Origin: Lama glama
Lineage: Eukaryota
Assembly: GCA_028534125.1 (NCBI GenBank)
Contig: CM052818.1
Coordinates: 18,168,001 to 18,232,000, forward strand
Reading direction: 5' to 3'
Length of the DNA stretch: 64,000 nucleotides
Positions 26,067 to 40,883 of this stretch are shown piece after piece (the stretch's first letter is position 1; each line of letters starts with the position of its first letter). The notes below the pieces were generated by a model. The model worked only from the letters and a program-made list of their open reading frames with translations. It made no database searches and was not told where the DNA came from. The translations under genes and the position numbers were made by a program.

Positions 26067-29000
26067 ATGCAGGTTCAACTAGAGTGACATAGTTGAGCAC
26101 TTTGCTTATGAACTCTTAAATAAAAGAGCCAAATAATGTCAGTATTGTAACTCTGGCAGCAGTGTACAGGGTGTATTAGATGAAGAAGTGGCTATATACA
26201 GATCGATCACTAGAAATTATTGCAAGAACCCAAATTACAAATGAAAGTGAGCTCACTTGGAGGAGGGGGGGGCAGTGAAGAGAAGGCATATGTTGTGAAA
26301 TATTTATCATATAGAATTGGCAAAACCTGGAAACAGGAGCTAGAAGAGTGGAGAGAAAAGACTGATATTTTAGTTCTGTTGGCTAGAATGACATGATTTG
26401 AAGAAGACAAAAAGAGGAGCAAAATTGAGGCTAGGAAAGGAAAAATAAAAGCGAATGAGTTTGGCATCGTACGTTAAAAATGTGTCATGCCTGCAGAATG
26501 GCAAGATATTCCTTGCCTCTGAACATTTATAACATACCTTTATGCCATTTATTGCATAAGACATTGTGCTGGGTTTTGTATATAATCTTACTATATTGTG
26601 ATCACTGAAGGGTACACCTTTCATTGAATACCCTCACACAATGTGCAGTACATAATAATAGGTAACCTGCAGATTCTTGAATAGGGCAAGAATAGGTCTT
26701 AAACTGCTCCAGAGCCCCTCAGCACCCAAGACGGTGTAGGGAACACACTAGTCATGAATGAATGCTTTGTGAGAGATGTCAAGGGGTCAAACCTTCCAAC
26801 CCTCTGGAGGAGAATGCATCAGTCATCAGACTGTCCCCTGTCTTTAATCAGCCAAGGTTCTGTAATATCACTACCTATCTATCTATTATTGAAATACAAT
26901 CAATTACAACGTAGTATCACTTTAGATGGAGATGTGATCTGGCCAATAACTCTACTCTCAGCAGCTGTGTGCTATAGAAACAGAAAACTGCTTTCTACCT
27001 TTCTATCCTTAGGGGACACAGAGAGACAATGGTTGCTATTTTAAAAGAGGGGTTGTTGGGAAAGCTGATGGTTCAGATGAATGGGAGAGCACTCTGGCAG
27101 TGAAAAGGATTAACAGTGGGGCATTAGGAGGGCCATCAGGAGATGCCATCCCCAGAGGCTGAATAAACCCATCTGCAGTCACATTATTCAAAACCAACAT
27201 CCAAACTGCAATTGTTTGGCAGATAGACTCTCCCATTATTAGATGAAATAGATAGGTAGTGACAGGTGGAATTGGATGAAGGGTACATGTTCTGTATAGT
27301 GTATGCCTGCGGGTCATTTCTGAGTGTGGAGATTACCATGTGAGATTAAATCACTCACCAGTAGTTGCCAGAAAAAGAATAAAAGAAGATAAAGGGATGC
27401 TGGGTGAAGGCCAGATGGATGTGTGGCTGTTGCTGAATCAATGGCAGTGGCACCCAATGAGGCAAATGCAGAGTTACACATGTAGCCGTAGCCACAAAGA
27501 GTGAGGTCTGCAAACAGGACAGAGAGAAGGTTATAACTCAAAATAGCTTTGGTCTCATGGTGAATGTCCCCTAATTTGGACTTTTCCTCCCTCCCTCTTC
27601 ATCTCACAGCCACTCTCACCTCTTTACAAATCAGGGTGCATTTTCAATACATGGTACTTAACGGATGCTACAGTAACCTGAAAGGAATAAAAATATATTC
27701 CTTTCTTTTTCCCTTCTGATATCTATAGATACTGATCCAAAACAGCCTTCTCACCAGCCTTCCAGACCAACAAGAACCTTCAGTTAGACCCACTCTTTGG
27801 GGTTAAAGACATTATGCCTCTCATAGCACTCTTAAAGAGTAAATTTACCCTAGAACGATAGCGTTGATACTTTTCTTAGGGCTTCTGAGGCATAATGTGT
27901 TACGTGGGGCATCTTATCTAATGAAGATAACTGAGCAGGTCCAGAGGAAAAATGGCCAGACCCAGTAAGAAAATCTTCTGAAAAAGACAAAGAGAAAACG
28001 GACACTGGAAAAAAGACAATCTCTTGAGTTGACCAGAGTCCACTGTAGGTACCCAAGCCATTGCCATCCATGAATTGTCCCGAAGAGTTGTTGTCAGCAT
28101 GGACAATCTTGTGGTGGGGCAGGGAGCAACTCTCCACCACATCAGTTTGGGCTGTGACAGACCTCGACCCCACTTTTGTTCTTGTCAATCCTCATGCAGA
28201 ATCCACCCTTTGAAAAAGATGGACTGTCCTTTATATTTCAAGTATAGCTTTCAACTGAAGAGTTCAAAGCACCAGCCAAATTTCTAACATCTTTCTCTAG
28301 AGAACTGAAGCATATGAAGTTCTTTTTAATCTGACTATGATTTTTTTTTAATGATTGTGAACCATTAGAAAATAGGGTTTGTGAGAAGCCTCATCCTTGG
28401 AAATTGTTCATTGGAAAAGACAAAGTGCATAGAGCCTTCTTAGCTAGGACTCGGGTTATCAATGAAACAGAACATTGTGATTGGATCATAGACTGTGGCC
28501 AAAGATGGGATCAATGTTGAGGGAAATAAAAGAAAAAAAAATCCATTTCTGCCTCCAGGAGGATGCTACAGAAGAAAGAAAAAGGAGACACACAAACTTT
28601 TGAGTCAGGAAGATCTACATTTGAATATTGCCTTTATTGCTTTCCTGTGATCTTAGGAAAATGTTTTAACTTCTTGGAGGGTAAGTGTCCTCATCTGTAA
28701 GAAATAAGTCTGATATGTTATTTCACAGGGTACTTGTAACAAATGTGGCTGGTACATGATAGGTGACACATGATGTGTCCATCCAAACTTTGATCTCTCA
28801 CCTCAAACTGGGCAGACACAGCTTATATAGAATGATAGTAATTTAGTAGAGAGAGCTTGATACAATAGACAGAGCAGGAGGAGTTAGAGAACTTGGCTCC
28901 TAACCATGGCTCCGCCCCTACAAGAATAACAACTATCTCTATAGCAATTTCAGTTTATCAACAGCAACATATGTTTCCAGTGGATGTTCCAATGCCAGTA

Positions 29001-30452
29001 ACTTTATGTCACTGAACCTCAGTAGTATCATCTGAAAAACTGAATGGAGGTGTCACCTACCGTCTGTAAGGGTCCTTCCAACTCTGATATTTTCATTCTA
29101 ATTCTCTCAATCTTATGACTAAGCGGCAAAAAATAATTAATACTTAAGAATAGATTATAATGAACACAGAAAGAGTCTGGTGAACCTGGGAACCTGAACA
29201 AGTTTCATAGAACATTAGAGGCTTGCATCACCTCCTGAAGCATGGATAGGATGTGAACAGATGAAGGAGAGAAGAAAGGATGTCCCTAAGTGAGGGTGAC
29301 AACTGGAACAAGGGCAGGGAGTCAGAATGGAGGGAGACATTAAGGTCGAGAGAGGAGAATAACCTGAAAGAAGCAAACAAGAGTATTGGAATATAACATG
29401 AAGAAAGGCCAGGAAGACCGAGGTCAGCACTTAAATACGCTGCAAAGCCAAACAAAAACGAGACAAAGCCAAACAAAATTACAAGGAGCTGTTGTGTGAT
29501 TTAGCCTCTCTCCTCACAGTTATCACCATAGTAAACAATCAATCTCTATACATGTTTCCACTCCTCTGTCTTCGCAAGTAGTTTCCTCTAGGACTCAAAT
29601 CAGAACTTCTGCTTGTGTTGTAGAAGGCAGAGGGTAGACACCCAACTGTATATGTGGATTGAACTAAATATAATGTTTACAATGCTGTGATTCACATGGT
29701 TTGATACCAAAATGGTATCATAGCCAAAAAAAAAAGTGATCATGAAATCAAAATAAAAATAATTCAGCTCCAATTCTTATTTTTTTTTCTCTAACACCTA
29801 ACACCAGGGAAAGGACTTAGTGAACAGCAATACTTCTGAAAGTCTCTTTCCTTCTTCATTATGTCAGCTGCACATATTTCATCTGTTCTTGGGTCTCCCC
29901 TCAAAACCACCCGAAGCCATCCCTCGAAACCTTCTTGTTATCTCCCTCTGGTCCTCCCTACCCCTACTGCCAACTCATGATCCCCGAAATCTTAGAAAGA
30001 ATCCAGGGAGGATGCAGAGAGAGACTGAATAAACCCACTTAGAGTGTGTGATAGCTGGTAGGAGGAGGGAGATTTTATAGCCATTTACACATTCATCATT
30101 TTCACATAAATTTACAACACTTCTGTGTTGAACCAGATGTGGTCAAGTATGTTCAATACTATGTGTCTCATCTAGATTATACTGGGGATGAGCTTCAAAG
30201 AGCCTAATTCCACAGACTTTAACGAGAGAGGAGAGGCAGTTCTCCTGGGCTGGCAGTGTTGGCTCTGGAGAGGTGAGCATATTTGCTGCATCTGCACTGA
30301 CCCTGAGCCAGGAAAATGGCTGAGAGTAGGATCTGAGTAGAAAGAAAGAAAAGAAGGGCGTTTGGGCAACCCAGATATCCATGTAAACCACACCCTCTTA
30401 AGTTCCTCAGTGGAATTTTGAGTTTCTGTCTTGTCTAATTTCAGCGGAACCA

Positions 30453-30752
30453 CAGGTGACCCTTGAACAACATGGGTTTGAACTGCGTGGGTCTACTTTA
30501 CAAGGATTTTTTTTTTTCAGTGAATATACAGTCCGCCCTCTATATCCTTGGGTTCCACATCCATGGCTTCGGTATCTGCAGATTCAACCAACCACAGATG
30601 GCCAGCCTAGGACATGATCTGCAGTTGGCTGAATCTGTGGAGAAGGAACCCACAGACAAGGAGGGCCCATTATGGGACTCAAACATCCACAGATTTTGGT
30701 TAACCACTGCAGGTCCTGGAATCAGTCCCTGGCAGATACTGAGGGATGGCTG
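30453..30752 (+). mobile_element. TcMar-Tigger non-autonomous fossil (Tigger2-type left end joined to MER2-like body)
   Basis: CAGGTGACCCTTGAACAACATGGGTTTGAACTGCGTGGGTC, then CAGTCCGCCCTCTATATCC...GATACTGAGGGATGGCTG. Confidence 0.8.
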
Positions 30753-32654
30753 TGGTCTCCACAGAACTCTGAAAGCTAAATTTCCCCAGGTGCTAGCTGC
30801 TACTCCTGAAATTCTTTCATCGAAGGTCAAAATGCCACTTGCCTCTTCTGTTCACGCTGAAAATGAGGGCACAAGGCCCTCGCTTTTCGAAAGTTTGCTT
30901 TATACCACGTCACTTCTACAAAACATCTACATTAGTAAGTACCTACCTGTGTTTGCTAAAATCCAAAGAGGATTTTCACTTCCACAAAAAAAGATGAAAA
31001 GTGAAAATAAATCGCGTTAAGTGTCTGTTTTGCCAAGAGCTGAGCAGTTACAGAGACAGTGGCATCCCAAGCAGCGAGACGGGCATCTCCACTCTCCTTC
31101 CCTGGGAACTAGGCTCAGCACCCAGCTGCCGAGGCTTTGAACTGTGTCTGTGGACATCTGCACTCTATCTGAATCTATTTTATGCATCTGTTAGCAAGAT
31201 GCGTCCTAAAGTAATTGCTTATTTACTTTATGCCATTTCAGCTTAGAAAAAGTTTCATAGGAGGATCTGCTTTCAGGTAGCAGGGAGACCTGTCATTGTA
31301 ATCCCAAAGGAGTAAAGGAACCCTGCATCTGGTGTCTTGGGGCAGAATTCCTGCAACTCTTCTAATAGCCCCAGGGGAAACCAAGAACAAAGCTTAGCTC
31401 TCCAGGTGCATGCAAGTATATTCATTCCAATACCTCTTTCTCTTTCTCCCCTCTTAGCTCACAAGCCCCTTCCAATTAATTGAGGGCAGCCAGAACCCAA
31501 TTTACATATTTCCACATTAACAAATTCTCATCTACCTTTTCTGAGGAGACTATGCCCACCTACAAACCTCTCCCAAAGTGTATGATGAAAAAAATCTAAT
31601 TCTAGGGAGCTGTGTTTCTGCAAGTTAGAAAGATGCCCTACATATTTTTTTTAACTGATCAGTCTAAAAACAGCTTCAGCCAATTTAAACCACTTTTTAT
31701 AAAATATCATTTGCATCAGGTTTGACAGCCAGCCTGCCACTTTTCCAGCCCATTATGATATGAAACAGCTGAGCTACCAACTCTGGGAAAAACTTTCTGC
31801 TGGAAACTGCAACTCGATAGTAATAATGGTCATAAGCCTGGAAGGCGGCCTTAGCCTACATTATGGAGCTCAGCCTGCAAAACTGAGGAAAAATTAAATC
31901 AAGCTGAAGAAGGTGACAAAAGAACTAATTTTTCTGTGTTAAATAAGCAGAGAAAGAGATGCTGGTGGCTCTGTACTCTGTGTGGCCTCAGGTCATTGTC
32001 CCAGCTCTCCTTGGGGCCTTCTTATGGACTCTGAGGGAGAAACACTGTAGCCAGTGGACCAGGAAATGCCCAGCCTGTGGAATGAGCCCTGCAGGCCTAG
32101 GAAATAGTCATTAAAACAGTTTTTAAAAGTTCATCAGAATTAAAGAATGGCCGGCTAGATCTGCAGTTGTTTAGCTATGTCAGACTGCACAGCCCAGCTC
32201 GGAAGGCCGTGGTGAGCTGTACAATTCAGACCACCACACCAAGGAGGTGAAATATGCTCTCTACCTCTCCCCAAAAGGGTTTAGAAAATGTTTCCATTCA
32301 AAAGCTGGAACTCAAATTTGCGGGCAGAAATCCACAGTGGTAACTGTTCTGAGATCAAGGGTGTCACGCACCTGGGCCCACCCCTGTCGAGTTGTAACAG
32401 GAGGGCTTTGTTCAAGCAACCAGCTCTTGCTGCCGCCAGTCAGGGGGCTGACTTATTCAGAGGAACGGAGACGTTGGTAAGGAGCAGTCCTAGATTTCTG
32501 GAAAAGGCTGCGGGCTCCCAGAGCTGCTCCAGACACCCATCACTCACCTCAGGTTCTGCACTTTAGCTGTTCTTGCTCTCCTGGGTGCTTTTATTCCTGG
32601 TCCTCCCGTGATATCCCCCTCACTCGCTCCCCCTACTTTCGACAAACCTCATTT

Positions 32655-33132
32655 TGAGACAGGAGGCAAGGGGGCAGGGCACAACCATTACAGAATGACG
32701 CAGCAGTTAGGCCCAGGACGGCGTAGGATTCACTTCCAGTTGACACTGAGCCTTATCACAACTCCCACAGGGGCCACAACACTCCTCTGGCTGACCGTAA
32801 AAGGCCAAAAAGTGGGTAGTGGTCCAATTCCTGGAAATCCCTGCCCCTTTCCCAAAATAGTTGGAATGGTCCTCCCACTCAGCATATGAAATTACCCAGC
32901 TCATAGAAACTCACCACCCCAACACCTTGCGGTGAGAGGGCCTCCCTTTTGAGTGAGAAGGCCTGCACTCTCTCTATAGAATGTCTATCTCCTGGGGCCT
33001 CTCTTGCCTTCTGAGATGGCGCGTATTCTATCTGTGGGATGTGTATCTCCCGGAATTAACTTACTTTCACTTTACTATGCCTCGCTCTTGAATTCTTCCC
33101 TGCGCCAGACAGGTACCTATTCCCAGGTAACA
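32655..33132 (+). mobile_element. Solo LTR, ERV1-type
   Basis: TGAGACAGGAGG...GGTAACA termini with ATTT/ATTC flanks. U5-like CTCGCTCTTGAATTCTTCCCTGCG. Confidence 0.75.
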
Positions 33133-33287
33133 ATTCTGCTCTGACTTTGACATACCGCTCACCCCCACTCAAAAGACTAGGATTCAGATTATTCTCCCAC
33201 ATCCTAACCACTACTTGGGGTTTATAATCTCTTATTGCTGTCAGGCCATTCTAACTCTGCCTCAGTTCATAACCAAAACAGAACAAC

Positions 33288-33475
33288 ATTCATTCATCCA
33301 CTCATTCATTCACTCACCATTCATTCATTCATTATTCATTCATTCAGTCATTCAACAACATTAATGGAGCACATGCTATGTGCCAGGCATTGTTCTAGGG
33401 CTGGGAATACAGCCCTGAGCAAAACAAACAAAAATCTCTCCCTTCTTGAAGATGATGTTCTAATAAACAGGAGTC
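33288..33475 (-). mobile_element. L2 3' end
   Basis: (CATT)n then CAACAACATTAATGGAGCACATGCTATGTGCCAGGCATTGTTCTAGG. Confidence 0.8.
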
Positions 33476-33669
33476 AGACATAGGTTGTGGATCTAAAATG
33501 CCATTTAAAAAATTCCCCTTCATCTTGCATGTTAGCCAGTAGCCACCCCTATTCTCTACTATTTCTAATCCCTCAGAGTAATATTTAATTTGAGTATGAT
33601 ACTTCATACCTTTCTAGGCATTTTCAAATATTTTGGCAGGAGTTCCTTAAACAATTTTATGAAGTACAG

Positions 33670-34585
33670 CATTTTTTAGCTTTTGATTTTGACATAATTG
33701 TAGTTTGCAGAAAAGTTGCAAAAAGAGTTCAGAGAATTCACATAGATCCTTCACCTCACTTCTCCCAATGTTAACATCCTGTGTAACCAAGGAATATTTG
33801 TCAAAACTAAGAAATCTATTTTGGTACAATATTCTTAACTAAACTACAAACTTTATACAGATTTCATGAAAATTTCCACTAATATCTATTAATCTTTTTT
33901 CTGATTTCATTTCCAAGAGCCTATGTTGTATTTAAGCTCTTTAAACTGTTCCAATCTGTAAGAGTTTCAAGGTGTTTCTCTATTTTTTATGACTGTGACA
34001 CACCGGAAGAACACTGGCCAGGTATTTGCAGAATACCCTTCAGTGTGGGTTTGTCTGATGTTTTCTCATGGTTAGGCTATGGTTATGGGTTTGGGGGAAA
34101 ATACCAAAGAAGCAATATGCCCTTTTCATTGTATCATATGAGGTACATGATATCAACATGACTTGCTACTGGTTCTGTTAACCCCGATCATAGGGTTAAG
34201 ATGGGATCTGCCAGGTTTCTCCATAGCAAAGTGATATTTTTTCCATATTCCGTTAGAAGCCAACATTCAAGGAGAGGGGAATTAGCCCCACTTCCTGGAA
34301 GGAAGAATATCAATCTGTAGATGTGTTAAAACCACCACAGTACTTAATAAATATTTTGGAGAGATACTTTGAGGCTATGCAAAGATCCTGTTTCTCCTTA
34401 AAGCTTTACCCACTGTTTTTACCATTTACTGTGGATTTTGCCTGCAGCAATTATCTAAAGTTGATTTTATTCCCTTAATTCCTTCTACATTTATTTTCTG
34501 AATTCTTTGGATTTGCTCCTTTCCCCTTACTTATTTGACCATTTATTTAAATCAATGCAGACTCGTGGATATTTATTTCATTTAT
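33670..34585 (-). mobile_element. L1MC/MD-type 3' end
   Basis: CAGAAAAGTTGCAAAA...CTTCACCTCACTTCTCCCAATGTTAACATC...GGGTTTGTCTGATGTTTTCTCATG, characteristic of old L1 3' UTRs in reverse. Confidence 0.75.
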
Positions 34586-37500
34586 GCTCCTAGATCATCT
34601 TGTAATTGTGAGGCACAGATTTTAATCCCCATTCTACAAATAAAGGATTTGAGAAACAGAGCATTGTCATGACTCACCAAGGATCACACAGTCACTTGGT
34701 TGCAACACAAGATCTGCAATTCAAATTTCCTCGCTCTCAGCTCTACACTGCCTCTGGTTTCACCTGGTACACGACTTGCTACATAGCATGAGTTTACAAT
34801 CCCTGATGAACAAACAAACAAATGAATGAAACAGTAAGCTAACAAATTCATTTGATCATGACAGGTGACTGTCCATCATCTTATTCTAAGAGCACAGAGA
34901 AACAGGAAATGGATAGCAGGGAGCTGTGAATACCAACCTCCCCCAGAGGAACTTTATTCACCAGTAAAATCATTTCATCGTCTTCCCAAGGTAACTTTGT
35001 AGCTTTGGCATTTGTCCAAGTGTTCAGAATGTATCATAGTTTCTTTTGGCCTGATTTGATTTTAGGAACGAATGAAAATATAACCCCTATAAAGGGAAAC
35101 CCAGCAGCTGGTTTTCCTGATAATCCACAATGATCCCAACGTGTTGACTTAACCCTGTTCCCAGGAATCCATGAACTCCCCAAAGGCAGAAGTCATGTCA
35201 AATATGTGTATGGGTACTCAGTTACTGTTGCTAAATGTGCATCTTGCTTTTTGTGGTTTCTCTTGGGGGAAAAATCACATTGTTGGAACTCCATTAACTG
35301 CCATAGATTTAGGGTTCTGAGTTATGTTTTTAAATTACAACATTAATATATAAATAAACTGTATTATTAAAAATCATGTCCTAGAAACAGTAGAAATGTC
35401 TTGTAGTTCGCCCAATTTCTGGCACTCAGTAGGTGCTAAATAAACCTTTGCAGAATAAATGCATGAAGAACTAAATAAGTGGGCTGGGGCAGTTGGGGAA
35501 GACCTTGTGCAGGAAGTGAGGCTTGAGCAGGACTAAGGATGCTGATGACAGGTGGAAAGGGATTACTGTATCAAAGGAACTCTGTTCCTTTGTAGTTTTA
35601 GTCAGCTGGTAATAAGACTTTTCCCTTATTAGAACTCCTTGATAACCATAAGAGGAAGCCAATACCTTCTACTACCCCTGCCTTAGTCTATCAAGTTCTT
35701 AAAAGCCCTCTCAGTATGTACAATTGGTCTATGACTCAAAGATGACAAGAAAGCATTTAACCATCTTTCTATGAGATTTCATAACAGTAATTCCATTTTC
35801 CCAGTCCAGATGTAATCCATGTTACCAACCACACTCTATATGAAACCAACCAGTTCATTGGAAGTGGAACATTACAAATGGCCAAGGTGTGTGCTCTTGG
35901 GGCCCAGTCCACGCATGCACTCAGAGACCACTCACTCCTGTTGCAACTGTCTCTAAAAGATTTGGCTTACAGGGGAACTTAGGCCACTGCATTTTCTTTC
36001 AGTGGTTACACAAATTCAGGGCACAAGCCCAAAGACCTTGGAAAGCAGAGAAGCCATGTAAAGAGATACAAAGGCATTTGTGTTTAGGTTCTGCCAGTTT
36101 CCCAAAGACTTACTGAAGAAGGAAAAAGCCCACTGTACAAAAAAGTTTTTAGACTTAGGAGCCAGGAAAGGTGGCTGGATTTCCCCTTCTGTACTATTAA
36201 CTCTCTGAGAGACCCAGGGCACCTCCCTTGACCTCTCTGGGCCTGAGAGGTCATATGTTTCATATGTTCAATGAAGACATTGGCTTTAGTAGTTCTGTCC
36301 CAGTACCCTCCAGGTACACTACAGGCAGTCTACTCCAGAAAACAGAGAATGTAAAGGTTCACAGACCAAACTGAGATGCTCGCATCATATAATGAGAAGC
36401 AATGAGAAAGAGACATGGGTAGTTGAACACACCTAGAGTCCAGTACAAAGAGGTGGAAGGACCATACTGGCGGAGTCCTGAGCTACGCAAACATGAAATG
36501 TCTGATATCTCCCCCCTTCCTTCTTTCTCTCACTCTTCCTCCAATCTCTCTTGTAAGCCGTGAGTTTATGAGGACCAGAGTGGAGGATGGGCAAGGAAAT
36601 TAGCAGACAGAAAGAATGAGTCTAGAGTCTCTTCTATTAAAGAGACGTGGGGGCAAGTAGTCCTGACTACAGCAGTAAATGGCCACTAACATTCTAAGCA
36701 GTTACTAGCCATGTCTTGGGAAGAGCACACATGGGCCAGAATAAGTATACATACCAGGTCAGATATGAAATAGCTATCAATCTGGAGGTGATGTGACCTG
36801 CACTTTGAGGATATTTAGTATTTACCTGGCCTTCCATTATCTCGTGTGTTCCATCCTTTTGCCCTGCATCCAACACACAAGTGTTCTGCTTATTCTAGCG
36901 AGGTCTACTGTGCCTCACAGGTTGCTAACTTCCTCTCCATGAATCTTCACTGAGTCACAAGCTACTTGTCTACTGACTGTCTATAATTATTCTTGTGTCC
37001 ACTTCATGTATTTGTTAATTTTTTGTGTAGCAGAATTGAATGTTCTTAAATAAAAGGGAAAAATTGAACTTGCAGTGGCTTCTGGAATTTCTTCCTAATG
37101 GAACATTCTGGCATCTGATGACTGGGGCAGAAGCTGCCTAAGTACACACGAAGGCAAAGCAAGGAAGCCAGAATAGAAGAACACTCTCCCTTCTGTTCTT
37201 CTGTCCCCAGGAACCAGGAGACCTACTGCAAAAATATCTGTCTCAATTTTGAAACACTCCTGTGACTCTGTGAACCTCTGACTATCAACACTCAGATAAA
37301 TTATGAGTGTTTTTCTTCCTTGAGTTTAAAGGCAGCTCTGAAGACAGAAGAATTCCCCAGCTATATAGCTGGGGTGGTGATCAACCTTAGCCGCCTCCTT
37401 GTCCCTGACAACTAAAACTCAGGAAATCATTCTTATGCCAGTTCAGCTGTCACTGGGGATCGGGCAGCGGGAATAGCTTCTGAGAAAGCAACACGAAAGG

Positions 37501-38479
37501 GCTGCAGCCATTTCTGCGACAGGGTGAGAACATGTGGCTTGCTCAGCACACAGCTTTGTCACTCAGACAGTGCAATCCAGACCACCTCAACCACAGCACA
37601 CAAAGAAACATCCAGGAGTCATGCTGACAAGGAGAGTAAATGGAGGCATTTTCCAAAAATCTAACCATGTGTTTACTATGAAAATGTATTTAGCCCCTTG
37701 ACCTTTCTTTTTAGAAGGGGCTGCTGGGAAAGGAAACCAATCCCTCTACCTATTTTTCAGGAACAAACAGTGGACATACAGAGATAAAGGGAGGGGGAGA
37801 CTGAGTTTTTTTCTTCTTTGCAATTTGAGAATGCCAAGGTTTCTTGCCAGAGCCAACTGATGGGGACTGGATAGTTGTCTAACAGCTGGGTAGAACAGAA
37901 GCATAGTGAATGATGCCTGGGATCTGCACGACTAGAAATACGGTCAGAAATCTGGTCACAGCAGGGGTCTCTGTTGGGCACCAACTCCAGCAATGTCAAC
38001 ATACCAACACCACAGAAGTGTTTGGCTTCTGCTGGCCTCCCGTTTTGTGTGTGACTCCCACAGCACCCTGTCCAGCTTCTCCCCTCTCCTTCCAGACAGA
38101 TCAGTTCCTGCATCACTTTAGCTGGGGCATCCCTGAGAACTCAATAGGGGAGGCCAAGGAATTAGCATAAAGTTAATCCTAAACCAGTAACACTTCTCAA
38201 GTGACTGACACAAACAAATTAAAGACTACCCCACAAAGATATATCCTTAATTCCCATCACACAGAGATTTTTACAGAAAAACAACCTCCAAACTGAACTC
38301 AAAATCCCAAATTACAAAACAAATGAGTTAACAATCCACCATGAATGAGTTGGCAAAAATACAACCAGATCTCCTCAAAACTTCAAATAATTGAGATATC
38401 AAATATATACAAAAAACAAGTATTTCAAATAATTATAGAAATAATTCTGGGGTTGCAGTGGTAGACTGAATGCAGAATG

Positions 38480-38930
38480 TGAGAGTCAAGCAAGACCCTA
38501 GGTGTTTGGTCTGAACAACTGGAAGGATGGAACTGCTGTTTCCTAAAGAGGAGAGGAGTGGGATGAGCAGAAGCTCAGATTCAGACACAGTAACCTGTAG
38601 GTGTCAATTAGACATCCAAAAGAGATATCCTGCCGGCAGTCAGACATGAGTCTGGAGTTCAGAAGAGTGGTACAGGCTAGAACTATACATCTGACAGTTA
38701 TCAGTATATGGATGGTTTTTAAAGCCATAATACTGGATGAGATCACCAAGGGGGTGAGCATAGACAGAAAAGGGAAGAGGTCCAGGGATTGAGCTAGGGG
38801 TCAACCCACAATGTGAGTTAGGAAACTAAGGAGTAGCTTACAATGCTGACTGAGGAGTGATCAGACACACAGAAGAAACCCAGTGCATCAAATGCGGTTG
38901 ATAGGTTAAGCAGGATAAGGACTGGATATA
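38480..38930 (-). mobile_element. L2 fragment
   Basis: TGGTCTGAACAACTGGAAGGATGGA...TTAGACATCCAA...TTTAAAGCCAT...GGATGAGATCACCAAGGG. Confidence 0.75.
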
Positions 38931-40214
38931 GGTGCAAAAGTCTTAAACAGGGTAACAGCAAATTACGTCTAACAGTGTTTTCAAAATAAAACCATGTAAT
39001 GATCATACTGGATTTATCACAGGGATGCAAAACTAATACAGCAGTAGAAAATGTATTAGGTAATTTACCATGTTAACATTAAAAGAGGAAAACCAAATGA
39101 TCACATTAAGGACGCAGACAAGAATTTAATAAAATTCAACATCCATTTATAATAAGCATTTCTAGCAAACTAGTAGGAGACTGAATATCCCTTAACTTGA
39201 TTAAAAGTGTCCACTAAAAAAACCTACAGCCATGATCCACTGGCTATTCAAATAGTGGAACTGTCTTTTAAAAACAAAAAATAAGGCAAGAATGCTCACT
39301 AGTCAATATATTCTATTAATCATTGTATTGAAGGTCTTAATGATCTTAGAATAAAATGTTAAATGTATAAGAATTGGCATAGAAGACACAAACTATCATT
39401 AAGGAATTACTATATAATTGTCTATAATAAAAACCAAAAGCAGTCTACAGGCATGTTAGCACTTATAAGAGTTTTGAAATATAATTAGACAAAAGATTGA
39501 CATATAATTAGTTGCATTGCTATACAATAAAAACAATTAGAAAATTCAATTTTTAAGAAGTACTCTGTATATTAACAACAGTAATATAACATATACATTT
39601 TACCTAAGAATACAATTAGCAAATGATTTGAAAATCATTTGTACAAGAATTATAAAACTCGATTTAAAGATATTTAAGAACTAAATCAATGATCGTTGAA
39701 GTCAGTTATGCACTATAATCTTGGATTGGAAGACACAATATCATGAACACACAGAAATTATCCCTAACTTGATCTATAGTTTGGATGCAATTTCATCAAA
39801 ATTCCAAGAAGTTTTTAAAAGAAATTCAACAAACTGATTCTAAAATCTACATGATAGACCAAAAGTCAAATGGAGCCAATCCTCTTAAAAAAGGGAAGGT
39901 CTTATTCAACCAGAGAAGATTTATCATAAAGCTGCAATAAAATAATGAGAATTAGCTCAGTGATAGACAAATACAATAGAACAGAAAAGAGAATCCAGAA
40001 ATAGTCTTACATATATATGATTTGTTTATATTGACGGATGTGGGGAAATGAGAGACTGTTAGGACTGCTAGGACAACTGTTTATCCCTATGGAATAATTA
40101 AAATTCTGTCTACAAGGTCACAACATACACACAAATCAATTCCTAATGGATTAAAGACACAAGCCAGGCAGGAGATGAATACAACATCAAAAAAGTTTGC
40201 TGTTTCCTTTTTCT

Positions 40215-40274
40215 GAAAAGAAAGAAAGAAAGAAAGAAAGGAAAGAAAGGAAAGAAAGGAAGAAAGAGAAAAAG
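40215..40274. repeat. (AAAG)n/(GAAAG)n polypurine microsatellite
   Basis: Read directly. Confidence 0.9.
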
Positions 40275-40883
40275 ACACTAATGGATTGAAGACTTAGATG
40301 TAAAAGGCATCATTTTGAAATATATTTCTGTGACTTCAGGGTAGAGAAGCAAGAACTGACCATAAAAGGGAAATATTTTAACAGATTTTAAAAACTGTAA
40401 TGATTGCATTAACATTAAGAACTTTTATTCATCAAAAGATTCCAGGAAGAAAAATACAAGCCACAAACTGTGAGAAAGATTAGAACAAACATTATATTTT
40501 TAAATTCCTTCAAAAAATCAACAAGAAAAAAGGCAAACAACCCCACATAAAAATCTTCAAAAGATATTCACAGACATTTCTGAGCAGAAGAAAAACAAAT
40601 GACTAGTAAATAGGTGGGGGAAACAGTCACACTAAATAGTAATCAGAGGATTGCAAAATAAGACAATGAAATGTGATTTATAATCAGTAGTCTGCCAAAC
40701 ATTTTAAAATCTGACACTACCAATTATGACAAAAATGTGGAGCAATGAAGGATCATACACTTGGATGGAAATGCAAATTAGCATAATCACTTGGCAGTAC
40801 AATTGACATCATCTTGTAAAGTTGATAAGCAAAACCCTATGACCCAGAAGTTTCACTCCTAAGAATATCCTCATTGTACCCTA

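Noticed and set aside
27850..28290. Overlapping ORFs in a coding-looking stretch (possible pseudogene or transposase remnant)
   Set aside because: No protein family recognisable in any frame. Needs BLASTX/Dfam to decide.
30463..31020. Longest ORF (185 aa)
   Set aside because: Non-ATG start, runs through a Tigger/MER2 fossil, no recognisable protein.
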